Part shown: in pieces, positions 37,294-49,389 of the stretch
How the letters are laid out: every line of letters starts with the position of its first letter
How positions within the stretch are numbered: the stretch's first letter is position 1
Assembly (NCBI GenBank): GCA_051530055.1
Contig: CM121343.1
Span: 6,604,389 to 6,668,388 of the forward strand
Reading direction: 5' to 3'
Source: Neoechinorhynchus agilis
Lineage: Eukaryota > Animalia > Acanthocephala
DNA length: 64,000 nt
Notes under the pieces: model-generated
Databases searched by the model: none
Seen by the model: only the letters and a program-made list of their open reading frames with translations
What the model was told of the DNA's origin: nothing
Translations under genes and position numbers: made by a program

Positions 37294-39290
37294 GCCGACG
37301 ACACGGATGCCACCACCACTGACAACACCGTTGCCACTTCCACCGACGACACCGATGCCACTTCCACCGACGACACCGATGCCACTTCCACCGACGACAC
37401 CGATGCCACCTCCACCGACGACACCGATGACACCACCACCGACGACACCGACGCCAGCACCACCGACGACACCGATGACACCACCACCGACGACACCGAT
37501 GCCACCTCCACCGACGACACCGATGACACCACCACCGACGACACCGATGCCACCACCACCGACGACACCGACGCCAGCACCACCGACGACACCGATGACA
37601 CCACCACCGACGACACCGACGCCAGCACCACCGACGACACCGATGCCACCTCCACCGACGACACCGATGACACCTCCACCGACGACACCGATGACACCAC
37701 CACCGACGACACCGATGCCACCTCCACCGACGACACCGACGCCAGCACCACCGACGACACCGATGACACCACCACCGACGACACCGACGCCAGCACCACC
37801 GACGACACCGATGACACCACCACCGACGACACCGACGCCAGCACCACCGACGACACCGATGCCACTTCCACCGACGACACCGATGCCACCTCCACCGACG
37901 ACACCGATGACACCACCACCGACGACACCGACGCCAGCACCACCGACGACACCGATGCCACTTCCACCGACGACACCGATGCCACCTCCACCGACGACAC
38001 CGATGCCAGCACCACCGACGACACCGACGCCAGCACCACCGACGACACCGATGCCACTTCCACCGACGACACCTATGCCACCTCCACCGACGACACCGAT
38101 GACACCACCACCGACGACACCGACGCCAGCACCACCGACGACACCGATGCCACTTCCACCGACGACACCGATGCCACCTCCACCGACGACACCGATGCCA
38201 GCACCACCGACGACACCGACGCCAGCACCACCGACGACACCGATGACACCACCACCGACGACACCGATGCCACCTCCACCGACGACACCGATGACACCAC
38301 CACCGACGACACCGATGCCACCTCCACCGACGACACCGATGACACCACCACCGACGACACCGACGCCAGCACCACCGACGACACCGATGACACCACCACC
38401 GACGACACCGACGCCAGCACCACCGACGACACCGATGCCACTTCCACCGACGACACCGATGCCACCTCCACCGACGACACCGATGACACCACCACCGACG
38501 ACACCGATGCCACCTCCACCGATGACACCACCACCGACGACACCGACGCCAGCACCACCGACGACACCGACGCCAGCACCACCGACGACACCGATGCCAC
38601 CACCACCGACGACACCGATGCCAGCACCACCGACGACACCGATGCCACTTCCACCGACGACACCGATGCCACCTCCACCGACGACACCGATGACACCACC
38701 ACCGACGACACCGACGCCAGCACCACCGACGACACCGATGACACCACCACCGACGACACCGATGACACCACCACCGACGACACCGATGCCACCTCCACCG
38801 ACGACACCGATGACACCACCACCGACGACACCGACGCCAGCACCACCGACGACACCGATGACACCACCACCGACGACACCGACGCCAGCACCACCGACGA
38901 CACCGATGCCACTTCTACCGACGACACCGATGCCACCTCCACCGACGACACCGATGACACCACCACCGACGACACCGATGCCACCTCCACCGACGACACC
39001 GATGCCAGCACCACCGACGACACCGACGCCAGCACCACCGACGACACCGATGACACCACCACCGACGACACCGACGCCAGCACCACCGACGACACCGATG
39101 ACACCACCACCGACGACACCGACGCCAGCACCACCGACGACACCGATGCCACTTCCACCGACGACACCGATGCCACCACCACCGACGACACCGATGCCAC
39201 CTCCACCGACGACACCGATGCCAGCACCACCGACGACACCGATGCCACTTCCACCGACGACACCGATGCCACCACTAACGACACTGGCGC
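37294..39290 (+). repeat. 24-bp coding-like minisatellite, ~82 copies ([14 protein letters not shown] in frame +1)
   Basis: Unit ccaccgacgacaccga[t/c]g[c/a]ca.. Indels keep frame (12-nt deletion near 38520), and frame +1 is open from 37282 to 39318. Confidence 0.95.
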
Positions 39291-39321
39291 CGTACCCTCG
39301 CTTCCAAAGCGAGCCAAGTGA

Positions 39322-41300
39322 AGAGAACAACGTCAATGTGATTGTTTCAACTTCATCAGCGAAGGGTCAGGATTCTGTGAGGTTTGTGATGGGATTTTCT
39401 CCTTGACGAAAACGGGAGTTCTTAGGGTCCACAGACCCCGTAATTCACGCTGCGGTGGTTCCTGTTTATCTTCCAAGTCCATTGGTGGTGTGCGTCAAAA
39501 TCCTATCACGACATCACCAGTAAAAAATGAAATTCCATTTGTAGGGAATATTGTGCGAGTTCTGCCCAGGAACGTTCTGAAAAGAATCCCAACGGGCGCG
39601 CGATATCAGGCCTCAAAGAGATTCCCCGCGTCTCTTTGCGTTCCCTTGACTAGTCTTTTCCGCCGGTGATGTTTCTGAAGGATCTCTCTGACAACAAAAA
39701 TAAAAGAGTGAATAAGTTCTTTTGACGAAAATTTTACTCAATGCCTTTCGACAAGATGCGGACTACGTCAGGAGTGTGTCCAGGAGCGTAACCACCGCCG
39801 AAACTCAAATCGGTCGCTTGTTGAACGCGTTTCTTCGAAACTCGCAGACGGAGATGTCAGAGGAGCACTTCGTCTTTTATCATCAATGGACAGTTTTGTC
39901 AAAGATAACGAAGAAACTTTACGAACTTTTCGTTCCTAACATCCCAGTGACGGCGGTCGGCAGTATTTCGTGAAATCCTCCTCCTTCGATACGGTCCCCT
40001 ATGTTTTATCATCGAAATCAGAAGTGAAGATGGCAATTTCCTCTTTTGTTAACGGATCAGCTCACGGGCTTGACGGGCTGCGGCCCCAACACCAAAAGGC
40101 TATGACTTCCTTTTCAGTAGGTGACGCCCCCCCCGTGAAAAAGGAAGGTGGGATTCGTCTCATTGCAATTGGAACAACTCTGCGGTGCTTAACAGCAAAA
40201 AATTTTAAATAAAAGGATCGCGAAAAAAGGAGAGATGCTGCTGTACATCTTGTGGCGCAGAGGCGATTGTTCATTCACTCCGCAAGTTCATTACCGGGAA
40301 CTCAAAGCCTTCAAAATGCATTCAACACTGTTCACCGAGCAGATTTGCTCGAAGTAGTTAGAGATCACGCGCCAGAAGCATTTCGCTATTTCATTAATAC
40401 CCACGGGACTTCAGCTCCCTTGTATTTCAATAACCACGTTTTGTGATCAGAAAGAGGAGTTCAACAAGGGGATCCTTTAGGTCGAATAGCCTTCTCAGTC
40501 GCAGTCAGTCCCGTCCTGCAGGCTCTGTTTATAATCGAGAACACCCTCTTCATTCCAAAACTGCTGTATAAGCTGCGCACAGCATCTTTTTTAGACATAA
40601 GGATAAGCTCGGAAAATTAGACGAGACGGTGAAAGCTTCTCTTGAGAAAACTTTAAATACTCAGCTGTCGGACGAGGCCTAGCTATGGAAGATTTCGTGG
40701 AGGCTCTTAACCTTTGGTACAGGTTGCAAACAATCAGTTTCGGACTCACCCCTGGTAGCGAAAATTCATAACTCTTTAATTTCAGACTCTAGTGAACTGA
40801 ATGCGATTAGCGGCAGTCTTTACAAGAGAATCGGGTGCTTGGCTCAACGCTATCCCAATCGCTTCTGTAGGCACCATTCTCTCCGACGAGACAGTAAGGA
40901 TTGCAGTGTAACTGAAACTTGGGGTTCCGATGTGCACATCCCATCGCTGCCGTTACGGAGCGACCGTGGAACCATCGGGACGCCATGGTTTCGTTTGTCA
41001 GCAATCAGGTGTCACAGTATTCCCGTGGCGAGAAGGAAAATGCCTTCTCTGAGACGCCACGCTCGCAGCCAGCAACGTAAAATTCGCCGCTGTTAAACCG
41101 GGGGAAATACAAGAATCTGAGTCGAAAACCGCGACGCAGGACCTGGTCAAGCAATTGTCTAAGAGATTGAGACGAATCACTGGCGATCAGAGGGCAGGAG
41201 CATTCCTCGTACAAAACATAGCCAACGGGGGAACGCTGCATCCGTCCTTTTGACCGCTACACCACGACGGCAACCAAGTGATCCAGAGCGGTGGTGTGAA
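39322..41300 (+). mobile_element. Decayed, internally deleted CRE/NeSL-like non-LTR retrotransposon (zinc finger, RT, RLE)
   Basis: CEVC...RVHRPRNSRCGGS zinc finger, VLKRIPTGAR, GLDGLRPQH, GGIRLIAIG, NAFNTVHR, GVQQGDPLG, C-terminal RAGAFLVQNI...NAASV. Many stops and frameshifts. Confidence 0.85.
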
Positions 41301-42434
41301 TGATTTCTGCTCCGAAATTTTGAAGGTAATAAATTGACTTTGCTAAAAGTAAAAGATATTGGAAGATGAGAATCGGAACAGCAGTTAAAAAATTAAAATA
41401 CGAGTCGAATAATTTTGGAAAATAATCAATGGATTTTTGTTCGTTAAAAGTCTTGCGATATGGCAAATTCGGTTTAGGCGGTTTAGAGAAAACCAAAACC
41501 TAATGATCCGCCTCAAAAGGTAGTTGGAATAATTTTTGTTATTTTATTCCCTCAATACGATGAAATTAAATTGAACGAAGCAGATTTCGTCTGTGAAAAG
41601 TTAAATTTTTGTGCGAAAAAATCGTAACTGTGTAAAAATTAAACATTTAAACTTCTTGGCCGACCTAGCAATAAGGCATAAAGTGCCAAATTTGTTTTTG
41701 TATACCTTTTACTTTGTTTGAAGATTGAACTATTCCTGTTTGTTTATGGCGTAAAAGTTAATTTTTTTATTAAATCCGATATTTTGCCGAAATATCGGAA
41801 TTAATAAATTCTTTTAATTTTTACGTCATAAACAAACATTTTGGGCTTTATCGATGTCCGTATACACTTAAAGTAAATCACCTATTTCGAGTCTCAACAT
41901 CATTATTTTGTTCGAAATTAACAGTTTTAGTTCGATCTCCAAATGGGTTACCTTCTAGATTTAAAATTCACCGTGTGACAGAAAACAACGAGCTCGCAAT
42001 AATAGAGTGGACCAATCTGCGGGAGATTCGGGGTAACCGTTTCCTAAAAAAGACGAGTCCAACATTGTCAGGATCAAAATCATCCTCATTAAAAATATCA
42101 TCACTTTTCTTTAGAGACGAGCCGTGCACTGCAAGAAACACTTCCGAAATTCGTTCAGACTTCACTTCAATTGGCATTAAAAAACATCGACTGCACCATT
42201 GTGTACACTAACCAGCATTGAACATTAAATCCACCCAGTTGGAGATATTCGAGGGCATACAACGTCTTCCATACTGTCAAAAACCATATTTTCTCGCTAC
42301 GAACGAAAACGAAGATCTCTAAGCGGAAACTTTTCAGCAATGACATCCGATTCGAAAGTTCTATTTGGTTACGGATGACGGTGATGGGTGGTGGTCTAAA
42401 GTACCTGGAACCTATTTGGAGAAAGTCTTTTTGC

Positions 42435-45292
42435 GGGTCACACGCACACTTTCTTTAAGCTTTTCCCTATTCGGGGTCGCTACCGACGCCTTTTAGGTCG
42501 TCCTCGCCTTCGAACTGCTGCTATTTCTATGCTTGAGACCATTCGCTCAAGTTCGGATCTTGTCTTTTTAATCGCTCATTTAATCTTGAATGCTTTTCGC
42601 AAACCAAGTCGCCTATTTTGTTCCCATGAGCGGATTCTCACACATATTTATTTTCGATCCTATCCAACTAGGTAACCTCTGTCATCCAGCGGAGCATGCG
42701 CATTTCGATCGTTTGGAGGCGTTTGATTTGCAGCTTCGTGTCGCGTTCCAAGTTTCAGCCCCGTAAAGCGGATCTTATCGCGACTTTGTAAATATGTCCC
42801 CCTGAGCGCTAATGATACTCGACTGTCGCAAATTACGCCGGTCAGGCTCTTCCATTTCGAATACCCGTTTTGAATTCGAGCCGTTATCTGAACACTCGTA
42901 TCGCTCGCGGGGTTTAAAATGGACCCAAGATAGCGAAAGTGATCTTGATGGTTTAGTGCTCCTAAATCACATAAACTGTCTTTTTTTTGCAAATTCTCAT
43001 GCCATTGTCTTCGAGCGACTCTCTCCATTTCTCGAGATCTTCGTTGAGGTCTTTCCAGGAAAAACCGCACATAACGATGTCGCCGACGAACATCATGTTC
43101 CAAAGGGGTCCTCTGCTCACGCTACTAATTATCTCGTCGAGTACAAGTACAAACAAGTAGGGAATGAGAGCAGATCCTCGGCGCAAGCCAACATTTACTT
43201 GGAAAGCCTCGGTATCCCCAACAGGCGTTCGGATGCATGTTTAGCTTCCTTCGTACATATCCTTGATTATCCGTTCATACTTTTCTGGACACAGCTTTTT
43301 CCTCAAGCACGACCTAATCAATCGTCTCGGCACATTATCAAACGCCTTTTTTAGATCCACAAAAACGTAATGGAGCTTCTTTTCCGTTTCGTGGCATTTC
43401 TCGAATGGCTGGTGCATTGCGAAAATAGCCCCTTCCTGAATAGTTATCTCGCGTCTTAATCTCTTATCAATAATTAGTTCGAAAATCTAGGGAGTGTGGC
43501 ATATTAGTTTGATCCTTCGATAATTGGTGCACGATTGGATATCTTTTTTCTGCTTGAAAATCGAGATAAGAATGCGTTTTCTCCACTCGTCCTATCTAAA
43601 GAGCTTCTTCAAAAGTTGGAATCTCTTATCAATAATTAGTTCGAAAATCTAAGGAGTGTGGCACATTAGTTTGATCCTTCGATAATTGGTGCACGATTGG
43701 ATATCTCCTTTCTGCTTGAAAATCGAGATAAGAATGCGTTTTCTCCACTCGTCCTATCTAAAGAGCTTCTTCAATAGTTGGATACCTGTATCGCCCAACA
43801 TTCTCCAAGCTTCCACTGGAATCTCGTCTGGTCCTGTCCCTCACCATTCTTCATCTTGTACAATGCCAACTTGACTTCTTCACCTGAAATTTCCGTCACC
43901 AAACCTTCGTTGGGAGTTTCCTCTTTCGATGGCTTCTTGCAATTCTCAGTGTTATGAAGCTCACTGAAATATTCTTTCCAATACACTTTGATAATTCCTT
44001 CCCTGTTCTTAATCAGCCGTACCCTCGTGATGTTTTTGAATTTCTTATTCTTAATCTTCGCGACCTTCAGCATAAAGGACCAACCATTGTTATTGGACCT
44101 TTTAGAATAGAATACCCAATCCGATTCACTTTTTGAGATCGACACGCCTTTTTTTGCTAGTTTGCTCGCAATTATCCGATATCCTCTACCTTTTCGCTTA
44201 ATTTTTGGACTGCCTCATTCCATCTTCGCAGTTCCGTTCCAACAATCATTTGTGTAAACAATGATTTGGACCATATTTTGAGATACGGCATTTTTAAACT
44301 TGTTCCCAACGATCTGTCTTGAAGTCCCCATCACTTGATTTTCCGTGGCATTGTATATTTTTTTATCTTCTTACGATCTTCATCTGAAAATCAATGCACA
44401 AAAGCTTATGGTCGGTGGCAAATGTTTCTCCTGATATGATCTTTGTGTTTCGGACTTCGCTCCATTTCTCATACGGGTAAAGAATAAAGACAATCTGTGT
44501 TTGCCTGTTGCAAGATGTCGATCTTCTTTATCAAAAAAGGTGTTCGCGATCCTTAGTTTATTCGCAAGCGCGAACTCGATAATTCTTTTACCTTCATCAT
44601 TTTGTGTCCCGGTACTACTTTCCCCGTGGACATCTTGTTTTTGCCCCTTGAAGTCGCCACAAACCATGAGTCTATCGTCCTTAACAATTCTTAGGGCTTT
44701 ATCAGGTCCATTCCAGAATTCATCTTTCTCTTGTTGAGGACGGCAAACCTAAGGAGCGTAGCAAGAGATAATCGTCAAGCCCTAAGAACCAAGATCCATT
44801 CTCATCGCCAATATTCGATCAGTGAATCTCTTAATTTCCAACACTGTATCTTTGTATTTCTCATCTAATACAATGGCCAACCCGTTTCTACCATTACATT
44901 ATCCACTATAATATAATTTAAACCTTCCCCTAATTCGCGAATCTTCGATCCTCTTCATCGTAGTTCCTGCAAGCATAAAATTGTAATCCGTCTCTTTTTT
45001 CATCATGCTCACTACTTCCAACGACTTGCCTGTCAACGTCCCCACGTTCAATGTCCCCCCACTCGCACAATAGTTTTTCGCTCATTTGTTCACTTCTTCA
45101 CAAATGCCGAGCAGATCATCTGCGAGTCGCATGAAGGGGACGCCCTAGTCAAATTGTTGTTATTTATTTGGTACTGCTATAAGATGGTTTTGAATTTGAA
45201 GCAAGTTTTACGGCCGGGTACCCTTACTGTCGTCAACCCTCCCCATTTATCCGGGCTTGGGACCGGCATCAGGTTTCCCCAATGGCTGGGTT
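42435..45292 (-). mobile_element. Full-span but decayed RTE-clade LINE (APE endonuclease + RT) with a 13-14 bp target-site duplication
   Basis: GTLNVGTLTG, GDF, NDEGKRIIEFALANKLRIANTFF, GSALIPYLFVLVLDE, FRYLGS. Direct repeat aaagtcttttt(t)gc at 42422-42434 and 45293-45306. Internal ~163-bp tandem duplication (43459/43622). Confidence 0.9.
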
Positions 45293-45293
45293 A
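45231..45293 (-). ncRNA. Twister ribozyme (P1 type, with P3 hairpin) at the 5' end of the RTE element
   Basis: U^AA-CCCA-GCC-[AUUGGG gaaa CCUGAU]-GCCGGUCCCAAGCCCGGAUAAA-UGGG-GAGGG-UUG. P2 CCCA/UGGG pairs, and the core matches the well-known twister core GCCGGUCCCAAGCCCGGAUAAA...GAGGG. Confidence 0.85.
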
Positions 45294-46013
45294 AAGTCTT
45301 TTTTGCAAGTAAATAAAGAAATATATTTTGGGTGGAAATAATCTCAGTCGTAATATATTCCCAATAAATCAAATATGTTATGACCGGGATTATCCCGAAG
45401 GATTTTCTATCGATGATTAAATAAAGAAATTTCAAATTAATTAGAAAACTCGAACACATTTTTCTCTGGAATGTGGATAAGTCCACAGACAATTTGCAAA
45501 AAATGAAATGGGTAAATCTCATTTATAAGATTGATAAATTTAAATCATGCGACCCAGTGAAATTCATAATTTCCAATTTTCCCGCTAGCGGCATTTTTTG
45601 GATAAGTAAGAGATCTTAAAAGCTTTAAAGAATATATTTCTAAAGGTTTATTATCTACGGTCACCAATGCATATTTGATGTTTATCGATTGTTTCGTGAG
45701 CCACAGCCATAACCCAGAGTCCTATCAAAATAACGTCAGAATTAAAGTAATTTTTTCTTTTTATTAAAGGATAAGAAAAATTCGAGGGGATTAAATCGTC
45801 GAATCCCCCTCCTTCCCAAGTAACCTCACGGGGTATCCCGAATCCTGGTGTATAAAAATATGAACAATATCTCATTAAAGTTACGAAAATGTAAGATATT
45901 GACTGTGTACCGATTTGATTCATAATTGCTTAGTGGCCAATCACTCAATCGAAAAGTCGTTTCATGAATCGTTATAAGATAATATGTAACAAAAGATACA
46001 TTCTTCTAACGGA

Positions 46014-48842
46014 TTACATACCATTTTCATTATATAACTGATTTGGAAATTCGGCAATAATCATTTCAGCTGATGGCCGCTGCGCCGGTATTTCACTGAT
46101 GAGGCGTCTGACAAATTCCCAGATTGTAGGGGATTTCTGGATAAAATCTTTGATTTGCTTACATTGCAGTTCGCCGTTAGTGAGTGCCATCAGAACCCGT
46201 ACTCGTTCAGAAGCGGTAGTCAACGGATAAAAGAGCTCAAATAGCATTACGCCTAAAGCATAGATGTCCACTTTTTCAATTTTATCCAGTTCCGTTGATC
46301 CAGTTCGTTGTTCCGGACTTAAATACAATTCGGTTCCGACTCTTTGAGGTTCGGACTGAGTTTCACAGCTTCTGTTGTACACCAGGCCAAAATCGCTTAT
46401 TTTCAGATACTTTTGATCCAGTGAAAACAGGATGTTGTTGGGTTTAATATCTCTGTGGGCAATGTTCATCGAATGAATGTAGGCTAAGCCTGAGACAATT
46501 TGAAGGAAATAGTGGCTTAGGATAGGCAATGGTCTTTTTTCATACGAGTCGTTGTTTTCCAGCCAAATGCTCAATGTTTCACCACAAAGTTCCATTGCTA
46601 GATAAAGAAATTTGTCGTTAAGTTGTGAATCATGGAGTTCGATAAAGCTTTCGATTATTTTATCATGTTCATTGGGAGCCGTTGTATCGAATATGACGTA
46701 ATTTGTGGATTCATCGGATTCTTGATCGTCGAATGTTTGTTCGTTGGACAAATAAGAGGCGTACTCATTCATCTCACAATATTGTTCGTAAAATTCAGCA
46801 CCCATCAAATCCGGATCAACATCATTTTGCCAGCCACAAGGAGGTTTTTCCACCCAGGAATGATAGTATCGTACAACATTGTCGTGATGCATGCGAGCGA
46901 GCGTTCTCACTTCGTCCAGTTCAATCGAGCGGGTTAGAGGGACTCGTTTCACGGCGACCTCCCGCTCGTCGATTTTATTTCTTGCATGGAAAACTACTCC
47001 AAATCCACCAACACCCAAACACCCCAAATGCTCGTACTCATTGATATACACGGAGCTGAATGGTGGTTTTAACATTCTCACTGTGGATGGAGATAGCTGA
47101 ACTATTGGTCGATTCGCTCGGCGAAGCATATAGAGCGCAATGCAAGTAGCAAAAGCGGTCAATGCGCTCATCGAATAACCGCCCGAAAAACGATTCAACA
47201 GTTTTTGTATTAGTCCTTCGCTTCCACGTATTTTTCGAGAAGATATGTTTGCTCCATCTACATAATAAAATCCAGTTCCCTCCAAGAGTTGGTTCTCATT
47301 GCTAGCGGTGCTGATAGCGGCGCGCCAACCGGTCCATTCCGATGAAGTTATGGCAGGTCGTGAAGAAGCAGACAAAAGAAGAGAGTCCATGGAACCTATG
47401 GTTACAGATCCTTTACCTTCAACAGAAGCTACAACCATCTTCATCAGCAACTGATCTGAAACTTGAATATAATAATCATCTTTAACGCTTCCAAAATAAA
47501 AGGACGGTTTGAGTCTGTTGTCGATTGAGGAATCACGTCTTATTAATGTCGTCGTTGTACTCAATTCCCCATTGCCACCGTCATAAAATCTAACCAATGT
47601 ATTGTACATTTGAGTTTGATCGAATAAATCAATCTCAACAAAATGAGCACAATCCCGAACTTCTAAAGCTCCCATTCCGTCGTCGCTACCGAGGAAACCA
47701 TTTACGCAAGCAACTTCTTTACCGGTCAATAGCCATGCACGGACAATCGGCACCATATTTCCAGTATGAATTTTAAGTCATTCTTTAATCAAAAGTAAAT
47801 TAAGAAAAGAGAAAATTAATCAAGTCGAATGCAAACATTTTTCTTAAAATCAAGAAGGACAGTTAAACTTTGATCGCTGAGGAGCAAAGCGTTTACAGAA
47901 GCAATTTCTTCGCGATTTAAAACGCAAATTTACAAGGTGGGATTCCACGAAATAAAAAAAATCAAATCCAGTGATTTGTAAAGGATTCTAGCGTCCTTTA
48001 TCGAGAATAAAGAATGTTCTACAAAATTGGGGGAAATTGCTACTTGGACGTTTTAAAATATTGTAGATATCTCCCGTAGGCACGGACAAGATGATCATTT
48101 CGCCTAATTCCTTATGGAAATTAACAAATGGGTCATCCGGATAATACCGTCGAAGACGATGAAACTGCTCAGCTGAAATCGAGTCTTCTGCGAGAACATC
48201 CCTAATATGGAATTTCCATCTCTCCTCTCCGTTTCTAGCACTTACAGCTCTCACGATTCTTGATGTGACTCTAAAAAGTGCCGATGGATGCGACGTTGGT
48301 GTAGAGTTTGAAGCACATTCACTTGCTGAACTGAATAAGACTTGTCCAGTCAAGAGATCAATCCTCAAAGCTTCGATGTTTTTGTTTCCAACAACGATCA
48401 AGTCATCGGGTAACTGAAAGCTTTTAGTGAATAAAGTATCCGTCATAAAAGGCAAACTCTCCACGGAGTTGTTATGAACCAAAAAAAGGCCGCCTTGTAG
48501 TGATGGAATCAAGTAGATCGGTGTATTCGTTTCGAAATCGAATAATAATGGTTTTGAACTCACATTATGACTGCTGAACATGATGTCTGAAAGGCGTGTG
48601 GACCACATTTGACTAATCGATAATCTACAATCACTTTGATTAATCGAATCGATAGAGTAGCCATGTAGAGTTCCGTTCAGATCAGCAATCAATAACATTC
48701 CTTTTGGAGGAACTATAGAAAATTGTGAGTTTTCCAGCTCTGATGGAACTGACGATTGAGCCAACATACTGAACACCCTCTGAAGTGAGACCGTGAGACA
48801 CAGTAAAGATAATAACCACAGAAATGTGATTTTGAACATCAA
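46014..48842 (-). CDS. EIF2AK3: PERK / eIF2-alpha kinase 3
   Basis: Signal peptide, IRE1/PERK-like luminal domain (LIADLNGTLHG, LIPSLQGGLF, PIVRAWLL), TM helix, kinase LGVGGFGVVF, EVRTLARMHHDNVVRYYHSWVE, HRDIKPNN, DFGLV, GTELYLSPEQ. The two ORFs join by removing 246 nt (47774-48019). Confidence 0.9.
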
Positions 48843-49389
48843 TTGAACAAATTATCCGCCGAAATATGAAGAATTGCCGATTGTGCCAAGCTTGAGGAAG
48901 GCATTCAAAGTTACAACTCTCAGCAAAGTCAACATACCTCCAAATTCCGATTTATGAAGGCAAACCAGCCAATCAATCAATGTCCTACGGAATTGGCGTA
49001 GGCAAAACATTCTTCCCGATCGTAGTTAAAGAAACTTCAATAAACTTCATCGATTACAGCAATTAAAAGAATTCCGCTTATCGTTCTTAAGGATTTTCAC
49101 GGCAGTTTGGTTTCGGCGCTCAATCTCGGCTTGAATCGAACTGCTTTGGTAGAGAAACCGTGGACTCAGTCATTGGCTGAACTAAAAAGATACTCGAGAA
49201 TCCCAGCTCCTTCGGTCACCTGAAAACGACCAATTTTTAGTCCCGGATTTTAATTAATGAATTAATTTCTAATATTTCACGTCGAACGATTCCTATATTT
49301 CCCTAAAGTTTGTCGTCATTTATAATATTGAGCAATAATCAAGAGAGTCATGTAACTTTTTTCGAAATGAAAGCCCGTTGCCAATGACA

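Noticed and set aside
37254-39406. 699-aa Pro-rich ORF and the antisense Gly/Val or Ser/Val ORFs as real proteins
   Set aside because: Common unit variants are non-synonymous in the Pro frame but synonymous in the Asp/Thr frame; the antisense ORFs are shadows of the repeat.
42355-42434. SH3-like string DDGDGWW..VPGTYLEKV
   Set aside because: No open frame or splice path to a full SH3 domain; the spacing between WW and PxxY is too short.
17450-48842. Treating CK2beta, SDHA, rabenosyn and PERK as insertion-killed pseudogenes
   Set aside because: All four have intact long ORFs and catalytic motifs on both sides, and the inserts look old (diverged inverted repeats, nested repeats). This is disfavoured, though not excluded without transcript data.
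48960-49220. Short coding-like frames with GIGVGKT as a P-loop gene
   Set aside because: Spacing does not fit GxxxxGK[ST]; the fragments are in different frames with no clear junction.
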